From positions 160,001-224,000 of the forward strand of contig JASFLY010000002.1 in assembly GCA_050117845.1 (NCBI GenBank): DNA of 64,000 bases. The letters are read 5' to 3'. The notes beneath the pieces were generated by a model. It did no database searches, was not told the DNA's origin, and saw nothing but the letters and a program-made list of their open reading frames with translations. This document shows positions 47,983 to 57,630 of this stretch, one piece after another. This DNA comes from Candidatus Zixiibacteriota bacterium (GTDB taxonomy: Bacteria; RBG-13-66-14; B26-G2; WVWN01). Every line of letters starts with the position of its first letter. Position 1 is the first letter of the stretch. Position numbers and translations under genes: made by a program.

Positions 47983-48957
47983 GTGAAGAAAAGTATAGGC
48001 CGGCTCGCCCCGGTATTTATCGCGGCTATTTCGATGGCTCTCGTGAATTGCGGGGACGACGGAGGGGGAGGCGGCGCATCCGCGCCCAGCGAACCTACCA
48101 ACCCGTACCCCGGCGCGAACGCGACGAACGTTGCAACTAACACGGTACTCGCATGGGAATGCACGGACGCCGACGGCAGCGAACTGACGTTCGACGTTTA
48201 CATGGGCACCGGGAGCGACCCCCCGCTCGTCGCCGAGAACATATCTCCCCCCTATTACGTGCCCGCCGACGACCTCAACACCGAAACGAAATACTACTGG
48301 AAGGTAGTGGCCAAGGACGGCTCCTACGCCACCGGCGGCCCCACGTGGAGTTTCGCCACGGCCGCGGGTAGCGGCGGCGGTGGCGGCGGCGGGGGAGGCG
48401 GCGAGGAACCCAAATCGGGCAACTCCAAATTAATGCCGCTCAGCGTGGGTAATAAATGGGTTTATAATTACGTCCGGCGGGACGAAGAAGGCATTCAAAA
48501 CCAGGACGAATACGAAATCCTCGTCGTCGACAAGTTCGACAACTACCACGGCTACGAGGCTTATCTGGTAAAAACCAAATGGCTAAGCTATAATCCCTAC
48601 GTTACATACGAAGTGTTCGCCTGCGACGGGGACAAATTCTACCGCTTCACGTCGCCGTGGTGGGAGTTCGTCATCGAGGACGACATGGAGTGGATGAGCT
48701 GGTCGCAAACCGGCCTCATGACGTCGTACAAGCTTCAATTCAACTTCGTAAAAAACGTAAACGTCCCGGCCGGGAATTTCAAAGACTGTAAGCAGCTTTC
48801 CCAGATAATTTATAGCGGCAATTACTCGTACACTTACGAGGAGTGCTACGCGGAAGGCGTAGGCCTCGTTTATTATAAAAATCGGTCTGACTACAGCTCC
48901 ACTAACTGGGACCAATCCATATATAAATTAAAGAGCTACCATCTCGAATCCCCGTAG
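47983..48957 (+). CDS. Lipoprotein paralog with extra Fn3-like domain and poly-Gly linker
   Basis: GAGGAGG RBS, LVNC lipobox, L.W...D.DG..LTFDVY...KYYWKVVAKD...WSF, Gly11 run, then MPLSVGNKW domain paralogous to 47130. Confidence 0.8.
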   Translation: MKKSIGRLAPVFIAAISMALVNCGDDGGGGGASAPSEPTNPYPGANATNVATNTVLAWECTDADGSELTFDVYMGTGSDPPLVAENISPPYYVPADDLNTETKYYWKVVAKDGSYATGGPTWSFATAAGSGGGGGGGGGGEEPKSGNSKLMPLSVGNKWVYNYVRRDEEGIQNQDEYEILVVDKFDNYHGYEAYLVKTKWLSYNPYVTYEVFACDGDKFYRFTSPWWEFVIEDDMEWMSWSQTGLMTSYKLQFNFVKNVNVPAGNFKDCKQLSQIIYSGNYSYTYEECYAEGVGLVYYKNRSDYSSTNWDQSIYKLKSYHLESP

Positions 48958-48977
48958 ACGGGGACTGAAACCCGACC

Positions 48978-49040
48978 AAAAAGCGGCCCCGCGGGGCCGC
49001 TTCTTTTTTATCTTTTACATAACCGGGCCGGCTAATCGTC
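48978..49040. repeat. 63-bp direct repeat A (palindrome copy 3 plus stop of NHL gene)
   Basis: Identical to 50152-50214. Confidence 0.95.
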
Positions 49041-50012
49041 CCATTTGAAATATTGGACGTTGTTGTTTACGCTGTCGCCGACGTAGATATATCCGTTCGA
49101 GGTGACGTTGACGTCGTCCGGCCTTTCGAATTCGCCGTTCCCGGAACCGGACGTTCCCCATTTCCCGAGGTAACTACCGGCGGCCGAAAAATAGTGAACG
49201 CAATCGTTCCCGGAATCGGTCACGTAAACTCGGTCATCCGGCGCTACAAATACACCCAAAGGGCACCCGAACTCGCCGTCGCCGTCGCCCTTCGAACCCC
49301 ACTCGCCGATAAAACTACCGTTCCTGGTGAAATATTGCACGCGGTAGTTATACGTATCCGCCACGTAAACGTCGCCGTTGGGCGCGCAAGCTATCCCGTA
49401 CGGAAGATCGAACTCGCCGTTACCGCCCCCTTCTTTACCCCATGAGCCCAACACGGAACCGCCGTCCGGCGGGAAGTATTGGATACGGAAATTATAAGTA
49501 TCTAAAACGTAAACGTTGCCATCGGCGCCGACGGCGACACCTTCGGGGCTCGCAAACTCCCCCGGACCGCTGCCGGAAGAACCCCACATGCCTCTATAAT
49601 TGCCGTTTAGGTCGAAGTATTGGATGCGGCGGTTACCGGAGTCCACCGCGTATATGGTACCCTTCGAGTTGACGGCGATATCGGTAATGCCGCGGAATTC
49701 GCCCGCGTTCCCACCTTCGGTACCCCATTTACCCAAAAAAGAACCTGTACTTGTGAAGTACTGTATCCTATCGTTACCGGAGTCCGCGACGTAAACGTTA
49801 CCGTTCGGGGCCACGGCTACCCCCGCCGGGCCGAGGAACTGGCCGTTGCCGGAACCCTTCGTACCCCATTGGCCGAGGTACGTAGGTCCATCCGGCGGCG
49901 GGGTGGGCTCGGGGCCGGTGCCGCCGTCGTCGCCGCCGCAACTCAACGCCACCATGACGAGGCCTATGGTAAAAAGCGCGATTTGTAAACGATTATTACT
50001 TAATAAAGCCAT
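49032..50012 (-). CDS. NHL-repeat six-bladed beta-propeller lipoprotein
   Basis: ALSC lipobox, six G..G.F..P.GVAV..NG.VYVAD..N.RIQYF repeats. Confidence 0.9.
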   Translation of the reverse strand: MALLSNNRLQIALFTIGLVMVALSCGGDDGGTGPEPTPPPDGPTYLGQWGTKGSGNGQFLGPAGVAVAPNGNVYVADSGNDRIQYFTSTGSFLGKWGTEGGNAGEFRGITDIAVNSKGTIYAVDSGNRRIQYFDLNGNYRGMWGSSGSGPGEFASPEGVAVGADGNVYVLDTYNFRIQYFPPDGGSVLGSWGKEGGGNGEFDLPYGIACAPNGDVYVADTYNYRVQYFTRNGSFIGEWGSKGDGDGEFGCPLGVFVAPDDRVYVTDSGNDCVHYFSAAGSYLGKWGTSGSGNGEFERPDDVNVTSNGYIYVGDSVNNNVQYFKWDD

Positions 50013-50151
50013 TTTGCCCTCCTAGCGTTCTAGGTTGGATTCCAATACCACCAAATTATATTAATAACAAGAAAAAAAGTAAACCGTAAATAAAACGTCT
50101 TAGGGTGTCGGCGTTACGCCGTCTTAATGCACGGGCCTTACCTTGAACGTT

Positions 50152-50214
50152 AAAAAGCGGCCCCGCGGGGCCGCTTCTTTTTTATCTTTTACATAACCGG
50201 GCCGGCTAATCGTC
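50152..50214. repeat. 63-bp direct repeat B (palindrome copy 4 plus stop of gyrA)
   Basis: Identical to 48978-49040. Confidence 0.95.
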
Positions 50215-52650
50215 GCCGTTTTCGATTACCACCGCCATCGCGGCGACGCGGTCTCCCTCGCTTATCTTCATTACCTTGACGCCCTGCGTCGCCCGGCCCT
50301 GGGCCGAGATGCCGCCCACGCTCACACGGTTAATAACGCCTTTCTCGGTTATGAGCACGAGGTCCTCGTCCCCGGCGACGGCCTTCGCGCCGACGACCGG
50401 GCCGGTCTTATCGCCGGCCTTCAGCGTTATGACGCCGCCGCCGCCCCGGTGCATCTTGCGGTACTGCTTCGCGGGGGTCCGTTTGCCGAAGCCCTTCTCG
50501 CTAACGACCAGGACCTCCTCCTTGGCCGACGGGACGAGCATGGCCACGACGCCGTCGCCCGCGCCCAGCTTCATGCCGCGCACGCCGGCGGCCGCCCGGC
50601 CCTGCGCCCGGACTTCCTTCGCCGGGAAGCGTATGGCCTTGCCCCGCGACGACACCATAACGACGTCGGCGCGAGGCCGCTCCAGCTGAACGCCGACCAG
50701 TTCGTCGCCGTCCGCGAGCCGCAGCGCGATGATGCCGCCGCGCTTGGGACGGGAGTAGGCCTCGAGCGAAGTCCTCTTGATTTGGCCGCCGCGCGTCGCG
50801 AAGAGCAGGTGGCCCCCCGCGGCGAGGTCGTCGACCGGAACGATGGCGCTTATCTGCTCCCTGGCCGCGAGTTCCAGCAGGTTGCGGACGCCCCGGCCCC
50901 GGCCCGCCCGGCCCACCTCCGGCACGTTGTACACCTTGAGCCAGTAGCACTTGCCCCTGTCCGTGAAGAACAGGAGGTACGCGTGCGTCGAGGCGATGAA
51001 GAGATGCTCGACGAAGTCCTCGCCCTTGCCGGCGGCGTGGCCCAGAACGCCCCGCGTCCCGCGGCTCTGGCGCCGGTAGGTGGTGAGCGGCGTGCGCTTG
51101 ATGTACCCGTCGTGGGTGAGCGTCACCGCCATGTCCTCCTCGGCGATGAGGTCCTCCACCGAGAAGTCCTCGCCCTCGGCCGGGATGATCTCGGTCCGCC
51201 GGGGGTCCCCGAATTTCTCGGCGAGTTCGGTTATCTCGGTTTTGACGACGCCGTAGACCTTTTTCTCGTCGGCCAGGATGGCCTTGAGTTCCTTTATAAG
51301 TTTCTTGACCGCGGCGAGTTCGTCCAGGACCTTCTGCCGCTCCATCGCCGTCAACCGGGCGAGGCGCATGTCCAGAATCGCCTGGGCCTGAAGCTCGGAC
51401 AGCTTGAAGGTCTTCATCAAGCCGGCGCGGGCTTTTTCCACGTCCTTGGATTTCCGGATAAGTGCGATTATCTCGTCGAGGTGGTCGAGGGCGATTTTGA
51501 AACCGGCCAGGATGTGGGCGCGCTTCTGCGCGGCCTCGAGGTCGAACGCCGTCCGCCGCAGGACCACCTCGCGGCGATGCTCGATGTAGCAAGTGAGCAT
51601 ATCCTTGAGCGTCAGCGTCCGCGGCTGGCCGTCCACCAGCGCGATGGCGATGACGCCGAAGGTTATCTGGCACTGCGTGTGCTTGTATAGCTGGTTCAGG
51701 ATAACCTGGCCGTTGGCGCCGCGCCGGAGGTCGAGGACGACCCTCATGCCCTCCCGGTCGGACTCGTCGCGGATGTCGCCGATGCCGTCAATCTTCTTCT
51801 CTTTGACCAGGTTCGCTATCTGCTCCAGCAGGCGGGATTTGTTGACCTGGAACGGGATTTCGCTGATTATGATGCGCTCGCGGTCGCCCTGCCCCTCCTC
51901 GACCATCGCCCGGGCGCGAACTACCAGCCGGCCCCGGCCGGTGCGGTAGGCGTCGTCGATGCCGGCGCGGCCCACGATAAGGCCGCCGGTGGGGAAGTCC
52001 GGCCCCGGCAGCATCGCCGCCACCTTATCGGCGGACAGGTCGGGTTTGTCGATAAGGGCGACGATGACGCGGGTGACCTCGGCCAGGTTGTGCGGCGGGA
52101 TCTTGGTGGCCATCCCGACCGCGATGCCGTCGGTGCCGTTGACGATGAGGTTGGGCAAAAGGGACGGCAGGACCAGCGGTTCCTTTAGGGTCTCGTCGAA
52201 ATTGGGGACGAAGTCCACCGTGTCCTTGTCGATGTCGGCGAGCATGGACTCCGCCGGCGCGGTGAGGCGGGCCTCGGTGTATCGCATGGCCGCGGCGGTG
52301 TCGCCGTCCACCGAACCGAAGTTCCCCTGGCCGTCGACCAGCGGGTAGCGCATCGTGAAGTCCTGCGCCAAACGGACCAGCGTGTCGTAGATGGCGGCGT
52401 CGCCGTGGGGGTGGTACTTACCCATGACGTCGCCGACGATACGGGCCGACTTGCGGAAGGCCTTCCCGGCCCCCACGCCCAACTCCCGCATCCCGTAGAT
52501 GATGCGGCGGTGGACGGGCTTCAGGCCGTCGCGGACGTCGGGCAGGGCCCGGCCCACGATGACCGACATGGAATAACTGAGGTACGACGACCGCATCTCG
52601 TCGGCGATCGCGACCTTCTTCGTTTTCTCGAACATCAATGAATTAGCCAT
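50206..52650 (-). CDS. gyrA: DNA gyrase subunit A
   Basis: [32 protein letters not shown], GyrA-box-like QSRGTRG, C-terminal pinwheel repeats. Confidence 0.95.
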   Translation of the reverse strand: MANSLMFEKTKKVAIADEMRSSYLSYSMSVIVGRALPDVRDGLKPVHRRIIYGMRELGVGAGKAFRKSARIVGDVMGKYHPHGDAAIYDTLVRLAQDFTMRYPLVDGQGNFGSVDGDTAAAMRYTEARLTAPAESMLADIDKDTVDFVPNFDETLKEPLVLPSLLPNLIVNGTDGIAVGMATKIPPHNLAEVTRVIVALIDKPDLSADKVAAMLPGPDFPTGGLIVGRAGIDDAYRTGRGRLVVRARAMVEEGQGDRERIIISEIPFQVNKSRLLEQIANLVKEKKIDGIGDIRDESDREGMRVVLDLRRGANGQVILNQLYKHTQCQITFGVIAIALVDGQPRTLTLKDMLTCYIEHRREVVLRRTAFDLEAAQKRAHILAGFKIALDHLDEIIALIRKSKDVEKARAGLMKTFKLSELQAQAILDMRLARLTAMERQKVLDELAAVKKLIKELKAILADEKKVYGVVKTEITELAEKFGDPRRTEIIPAEGEDFSVEDLIAEEDMAVTLTHDGYIKRTPLTTYRRQSRGTRGVLGHAAGKGEDFVEHLFIASTHAYLLFFTDRGKCYWLKVYNVPEVGRAGRGRGVRNLLELAAREQISAIVPVDDLAAGGHLLFATRGGQIKRTSLEAYSRPKRGGIIALRLADGDELVGVQLERPRADVVMVSSRGKAIRFPAKEVRAQGRAAAGVRGMKLGAGDGVVAMLVPSAKEEVLVVSEKGFGKRTPAKQYRKMHRGGGGVITLKAGDKTGPVVGAKAVAGDEDLVLITEKGVINRVSVGGISAQGRATQGVKVMKISEGDRVAAMAVVIENGDD

Positions 52651-52691
52651 GGCCCAACAAGAACCTCAACTTCACTTCCGCCGGCCGGCGC

Positions 52692-53642
52692 TTATCCGCC
52701 GCGCCGGTCGAACTCCACGACGGACCCGACCTTCGTCTTGCCGTATTTCTTGACCTCGGTCGCCACGTCCACCATCTGAACATACGACGCGTATTGCCCC
52801 TGGTCGTTCGGCACGACGGCGATGGTCACGTCTATCTCGCACGGATATTTCTGCGACTGGCCCTGGCGGTCGATGGTCTCGAAGTAACCGCGGGCCACGT
52901 CCTCCGGAGCGAAGAGCGATTTCACCCGGTTCCCGAATTCCGCGATAATGGTCTCGGATATTTCCTGAGCGTCGGTGACCGAAGTTATAGCGGTAAAGTC
53001 GTCCCCGCCGATGTGGCCCACGAAATCCTCCGGCGAGCCGTGCCGCCCCACCGCCTCGACCATCACTTCCGCCATAAGCTTGATGACTTCGTCGCCCCGC
53101 GCGTAACCGTAATAGTCGTTGAACCCCTTGAATCCGTCCAGGTCGATATAAAGCATGGCGAAGGGCCGGACTTCCGCCAGGAGCTGTTCCACACGCTGTT
53201 GGAACGCTATCTGGCCGGGGAGGCCCGTAAGCGGGTTCCGTTCCCGCTGGGACTTCGTCCGGGACAGGACCATCTTCACCCGGGCCTCGAGCTCCTCGCG
53301 GCTGAAGGGCTTCGTGATGTAGTCGTCGGCGCCCGCCTCCATCCCCCGCACCTTGTCCTTAACTTCCTTGCGGGCGGTCAACATTATTATCGGGATGCGG
53401 CTGGTCCAGAAGCCCTTCTTGAGCCGGCGGCACACCTCGATGCCGTCGAGCTTGGGTATCATCAGGTCGAGCAGAATCAGGTCCGGGGAGTACTCCTCCG
53501 CCATGGCGAGCGCGGTTTCGCCGTCGTTGGCCTGGAGCACTTCGTAACCCCAGTTCTCGAGGTTGAAGTTTATAATCTCCCGGATGTTCGGTTCGTCCTC
53601 CACCACGAGGACCCGATCCCGGGAAGCGTCCGGTTCCGGCAT
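52692..53642 (-). CDS. Response regulator / GGDEF-domain protein
   Basis: VVEDE...LLDLMIP...KPF receiver; NPLTGLPG, DLDGFK.FND.YG...GD, GHIGGDDF. Confidence 0.92.
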   Translation of the reverse strand: MPEPDASRDRVLVVEDEPNIREIINFNLENWGYEVLQANDGETALAMAEEYSPDLILLDLMIPKLDGIEVCRRLKKGFWTSRIPIIMLTARKEVKDKVRGMEAGADDYITKPFSREELEARVKMVLSRTKSQRERNPLTGLPGQIAFQQRVEQLLAEVRPFAMLYIDLDGFKGFNDYYGYARGDEVIKLMAEVMVEAVGRHGSPEDFVGHIGGDDFTAITSVTDAQEISETIIAEFGNRVKSLFAPEDVARGYFETIDRQGQSQKYPCEIDVTIAVVPNDQGQYASYVQMVDVATEVKKYGKTKVGSVVEFDRRGG

Positions 53643-53721
53643 GCCCTGTTCCCTGCATTAAGGCCCCGGCCGGCCCGCGAGCGGGCCGGGGCGAAACGAC
53701 GAACCGCCAGGCCGAAAGGGC

Positions 53722-54438
53722 TTAGCGGATTACGAACTTGTCGGAGGTCGTATCGGTTTCGCCGGAGAGGTTGAGCGTTACCGGCGCGTTCTCCTTAACC
53801 GATAATTTCTTGGAATAAATTACGCTCCCCTTGACGACGTTGTCCGTCGGCACGGAGTGGCCGGACCAGCACACCAGCGACAGCGTATGCTCGCCCGTCG
53901 GAATCTTCACCGAGAAGGAGCCGGGTTCCAGAATGCGTTTGGTCGTCCGCACGCCCGTCTCCGGCGTCGTGAACGACATTATCCGGGTCCACTGGTCGTA
54001 GTAGTAAATCTTCTCGCCGTCGAGGAAGGCGCCGTAAAAGACGTTCAGGTCCGCCTGGGACGATACGGTGTATTTACCCTCGACGTTGACCGTAAGGTCG
54101 ACGAACTTCTGTGGCGGCGGCGTCTCGCCGTTGCCGTTCGTCGTGCGGCCCGTGGTATTCGCGCCGCCGGTCGTGGTCGTCGTCGAACCCGGCTTCCGTA
54201 AGATCATGTATTGGACGAGGCTGTCCGAAGCCCCGGCCTCTTTCAGGTCGATGAGGTCGTCGGTCGAGAGGTTGAAATAGGACTCCGTCGCCTCTATTTG
54301 GGCGATTATAACAGTATCGCTGGTGTTCTTTTTTACCAGCTTTACGACTTCTTCGACGTCCATCGGCTGGGCCAACGAGGCCGCCGGGATGATTACCGCA
54401 ATGGCCGCTAAAATAAGGATGTATAGCTTTCGGCTCAT
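53722..54438 (-). CDS. Hypothetical secreted protein
   Basis: Signal peptide (SLA-Q), F.LS.DDLI.LKEAG.S helical motif, Thr-rich linker. Confidence 0.75.
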   Translation of the reverse strand: MSRKLYILILAAIAVIIPAASLAQPMDVEEVVKLVKKNTSDTVIIAQIEATESYFNLSTDDLIDLKEAGASDSLVQYMILRKPGSTTTTTGGANTTGRTTNGNGETPPPQKFVDLTVNVEGKYTVSSQADLNVFYGAFLDGEKIYYYDQWTRIMSFTTPETGVRTTKRILEPGSFSVKIPTGEHTLSLVCWSGHSVPTDNVVKGSVIYSKKLSVKENAPVTLNLSGETDTTSDKFVIR

Positions 54439-54586
54439 GGCACCTACCCCTGTTTTTCTTAAGGTCCGAGGGAAGATTATCGGTCAAAAATATCACATAA
54501 ACAGCCCGAAGTCAATTTATCTTAACACGGCCGCCGCGCCTCGATTGACAGCGCCGGGGCGCTATGATACCTTTCGACGAACCGTT

Positions 54587-56119
54587 ATGAGTATTCGCCC
54601 GGGAGATATAGGCCGGTGGGCCGTGGCGGGGGTTTTGCCCGTCGCGGGAGGCGTATTGGCCGACTATCGGGAACTGGTGTGGGGCGCCGCGGCGCTCGTG
54701 GCGCTGGCGGCGATTCCGTCGCTTCGGCGTTACGCCCCGGCCGCGGGAGCGGCCTTCGGCCTGCTGGTCCTCGCCCGTTTCGCCGGCGTCACGGCGGCCC
54801 CGCCCGGAATGGGCGCCGTCGTCCTGGGCCTCGCGGCCATCGTCGCGCTGGCGTTCTTCCTTTCGCTGGCCCGCCGGGGCGGCCGGGAGGACGCTCCCCG
54901 GCCCGCGACCTGGGCCGCGGCGGGTTCGGGCCTGGCGGCCGTGGTGGCCGCCGCCGCCGTGGTCCTCTTCGCGGGGCTGCCGACGCTGAACGTGGTACTG
55001 GTCCCGGTGGGGGTATTCGTCGCCCTCGGCGCCGTCGCCTTCGGCGGCCGGGTCCCGCGCGTCGCCTTCGCGGCCCTGGCGCTGGGCCTGGGGCTGGGCG
55101 CGGCCAAGGGCGGCGCCGCCTTCGCGCTGGTCCGGGCGGCCGAGAGCGCTCTCCTTCGGGGGGACGCCGGCGCCGCGGCCGAGTATTCCCACTGGGCGAG
55201 TACGTTGGGCGGCGGGGGCCGGGCCGACCTCGTACGCCTGGGCGCCGCCGCGGCCGCCGGGGCCCCGTGGGATGAACTGGGGGCCATGGCCGGCAGCCGC
55301 GGACGGACGGAGTCGCCCCGGCCCTTCGACGCCGCGCTCGCCGTCGCGGCCTTCGAACGCGGCGATTACGAGAACGCCGCCCGCCACGCCGACCTCGCGA
55401 CCGCCGAGGCGCCGACCTCGCCCGTCCGGGACGAGCCGGTTAATAAGGACTACCTATACGAAGTCCTGGCCGGACGCGCGGCCGACCCGTACGGCCGGGG
55501 CCGGGCGGCCCTCTGGGCGGGCCGCTACGGCGAGGCGGCCGCCTCCTTCGCCGAGGCCGGCGCGCCGCTCGACCAGGCGTTCGCGCTCGAGCGCGCGGGC
55601 GACGACGAGGGCGCCGTGGCCATTTACCGCGCCTTGTGGCAGGCCGACCGCGACGACTTCCGGGCCGCGTTCGGCGTCCTCCGGACCAGCGGCGACCGGA
55701 AGGTCCGCGGCCGAATATGGCGGCGCCTGGGGAAACGTTACCCCGATTATTTCGTCGGGAGTAACCTCGAGGCCGAGGATGGATTCCCGCTGACCAAACA
55801 CCGCCTCAGCCTGGGCCGCACGGCGGCAACGATAACCGTCGAGGCGGAGGGCCGGAGGGCCGTGGCGGTCATCGCGGAGGCCTACGACGCCCTGGGCCTG
55901 TACCCCCTCGTGACGCTGACGGTCGACGGCGACGCGGTCCGCACGTTTTATATGAACACGCCGGGCGAGGACATCTACGAGGCCGTGGTCGAACTGCCGC
56001 CCGGGGAGAGCGAACTGGGCGTTCTGTTCGAAAACGACTACGCCGACCCGGCCACCGGCCTGGACCGTAACGTTTTTCTGCGCGAGATACGTATAGGTAA
56101 TGAACATAACCAGCGATAA
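54587..56119 (+). CDS. Membrane protein with helical repeats and C-terminal carbohydrate-binding-like domain
   Basis: Multi-TM N-terminus; C-terminal P..TLTVDG...F.ND......DRNVFL..I resembling CBM60-like modules. Confidence 0.6.
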   Translation: MSIRPGDIGRWAVAGVLPVAGGVLADYRELVWGAAALVALAAIPSLRRYAPAAGAAFGLLVLARFAGVTAAPPGMGAVVLGLAAIVALAFFLSLARRGGREDAPRPATWAAAGSGLAAVVAAAAVVLFAGLPTLNVVLVPVGVFVALGAVAFGGRVPRVAFAALALGLGLGAAKGGAAFALVRAAESALLRGDAGAAAEYSHWASTLGGGGRADLVRLGAAAAAGAPWDELGAMAGSRGRTESPRPFDAALAVAAFERGDYENAARHADLATAEAPTSPVRDEPVNKDYLYEVLAGRAADPYGRGRAALWAGRYGEAAASFAEAGAPLDQAFALERAGDDEGAVAIYRALWQADRDDFRAAFGVLRTSGDRKVRGRIWRRLGKRYPDYFVGSNLEAEDGFPLTKHRLSLGRTAATITVEAEGRRAVAVIAEAYDALGLYPLVTLTVDGDAVRTFYMNTPGEDIYEAVVELPPGESELGVLFENDYADPATGLDRNVFLREIRIGNEHNQR

Positions 56120-57629
56120 AACGAGGACCGGCCTCGGCGGCCTGGCGACGGCCGTGGCCGTGTGCGTGGCGGCCGGGGCCCTCGCGGCCGGCCGCGGCAT
56201 ACAGGAGGCCGTGTTCTTCCTCATCCTGGGCCTGACCGCCGCCGCCGCGATTTCCGGCTGGGCGTCCCGCTTCAAGTGGGTCCTCCCGGCGCTCGTCTGG
56301 ACCGCCCTCTCCCTCCCCTTCGTGAAGCACCTCGGCAGCGAGGGCGGCGCCCCGGCGATAAACGCCGACCACGTCATCCTGTTTCCGGTGGACTTCATTC
56401 TGGCCGTCGCGCTGGCCTGGGCCGTATTATCGGCCGTAAAGCGGGCCGAAGGGGGCGGCCGGGACGTTCGAAGCGTCGCCCGGGCGTTGGCGGACCTCTT
56501 CAAACCGGACCTGGTCGCCGCCGCGATAATCGCGCTGGCCGCCGCCGCGATACTCTCCGCCTACAACGCGCCGCGGCCGGAGCTGGCCTTCATCGCGCTC
56601 GTCGACCTCGCCCGCCTCTACGCCGGGTACGTCCTCTTCCGGCGGCTGGCCGCCGACGGGCCGACGCCGGTAGCCATAGGATTCCTCGCCGCCGCCGCAT
56701 TCCAGGGGGCGCTCTGTCTCGTCGAATTCGGCGCCCAAAACAACTTCGGCCTCTGGGAAAAACCGGGTTGGGGCGCCTTTATCTTCGCCGGCGCGAGCCC
56801 GGACGCCGGCGGCCTCCTCCTGGCCCGGGGCGGCGGGACCTTCGAACCGAACACCACCGCCCAGTTCCTGCAGATGGCGGTACCGTTCGCGGCGGCCTAC
56901 TTTTTAACCGGGGCCTCCCGCAAGGCCCGGTGGTCGTACCTCGCGGCGCTGCTCTTGACCCTGGGCGGCGCCTTCGCGACCTTCTCCCGGGGCGGCTGGT
57001 TGGGCGCGGCCGTGGCCCTCGCCATCGTCGCGGCCGGCGCCTGGGCCCGGAAGAAAAGCATGCCCATCCGGGCCGGCGGCCTCGTCGCCCTGACCGTCGT
57101 CGGCGTCGCCCTCCTTATTCCCGCGGCCGTGGTGATGTTCGCCCGCGGCGCCGAGGGCGACCAGTTGTCCGCCGCCTCCCGCCTCGACGACTGGGAAACC
57201 GCCCTCGCCATGATACGGGACCACCCGCTAATCGGCGTGGGCCGCGGCAACTACCTCGAACTCTCCCGCCTCTACAACCCGTGGGCCCTCGCGTATCCGG
57301 TGCATAATATCTATTTGTATATGTTGGCCGAGACGGGGATAGTAGGCTTCGGCGCGTTCTTACTGCTGCTCTACGGCGTGTTCCGCGCGGCCGGCCGGGC
57401 CCTGCGCAAGGCGGCCTCGAACCCCTACACCGCCACGTTCGGCCTGGCCGGCACGGCCACGTTTGGCCTGGCGGCCCTCGGGGCCTTCGCCGGCATCGCC
57501 CTGCGGATGTTCGTCTCCATGTCCTTCGTCCACCCCTTCGTATTCCTCACCTTCGTGGCGCTGGCGGCGGCCGCCGCCGGGGCCGTACGCTCCTCCTCAA
57601 CCGATAACTCTTCCGGCAGCGCCGGATAA
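56100..57629 (+). CDS. O-antigen ligase family (Wzy_C) protein
   Basis: GTF.PN, TFSRGGW, W..A..MIRDHPLIGVG.GNY, HNIYL...AETGIVG. Confidence 0.88.
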   Translation: MNITSDKTRTGLGGLATAVAVCVAAGALAAGRGIQEAVFFLILGLTAAAAISGWASRFKWVLPALVWTALSLPFVKHLGSEGGAPAINADHVILFPVDFILAVALAWAVLSAVKRAEGGGRDVRSVARALADLFKPDLVAAAIIALAAAAILSAYNAPRPELAFIALVDLARLYAGYVLFRRLAADGPTPVAIGFLAAAAFQGALCLVEFGAQNNFGLWEKPGWGAFIFAGASPDAGGLLLARGGGTFEPNTTAQFLQMAVPFAAAYFLTGASRKARWSYLAALLLTLGGAFATFSRGGWLGAAVALAIVAAGAWARKKSMPIRAGGLVALTVVGVALLIPAAVVMFARGAEGDQLSAASRLDDWETALAMIRDHPLIGVGRGNYLELSRLYNPWALAYPVHNIYLYMLAETGIVGFGAFLLLLYGVFRAAGRALRKAASNPYTATFGLAGTATFGLAALGAFAGIALRMFVSMSFVHPFVFLTFVALAAAAAGAVRSSSTDNSSGSAG

Positions 57630-57630
57630 A

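Noticed and set aside
57428..57473. 24-bp imperfect tandem duplication (TATFGLAG/TATFGLAA) in the O-antigen ligase gene
   Set aside because: Real but an in-frame micro-duplication with no evident consequence
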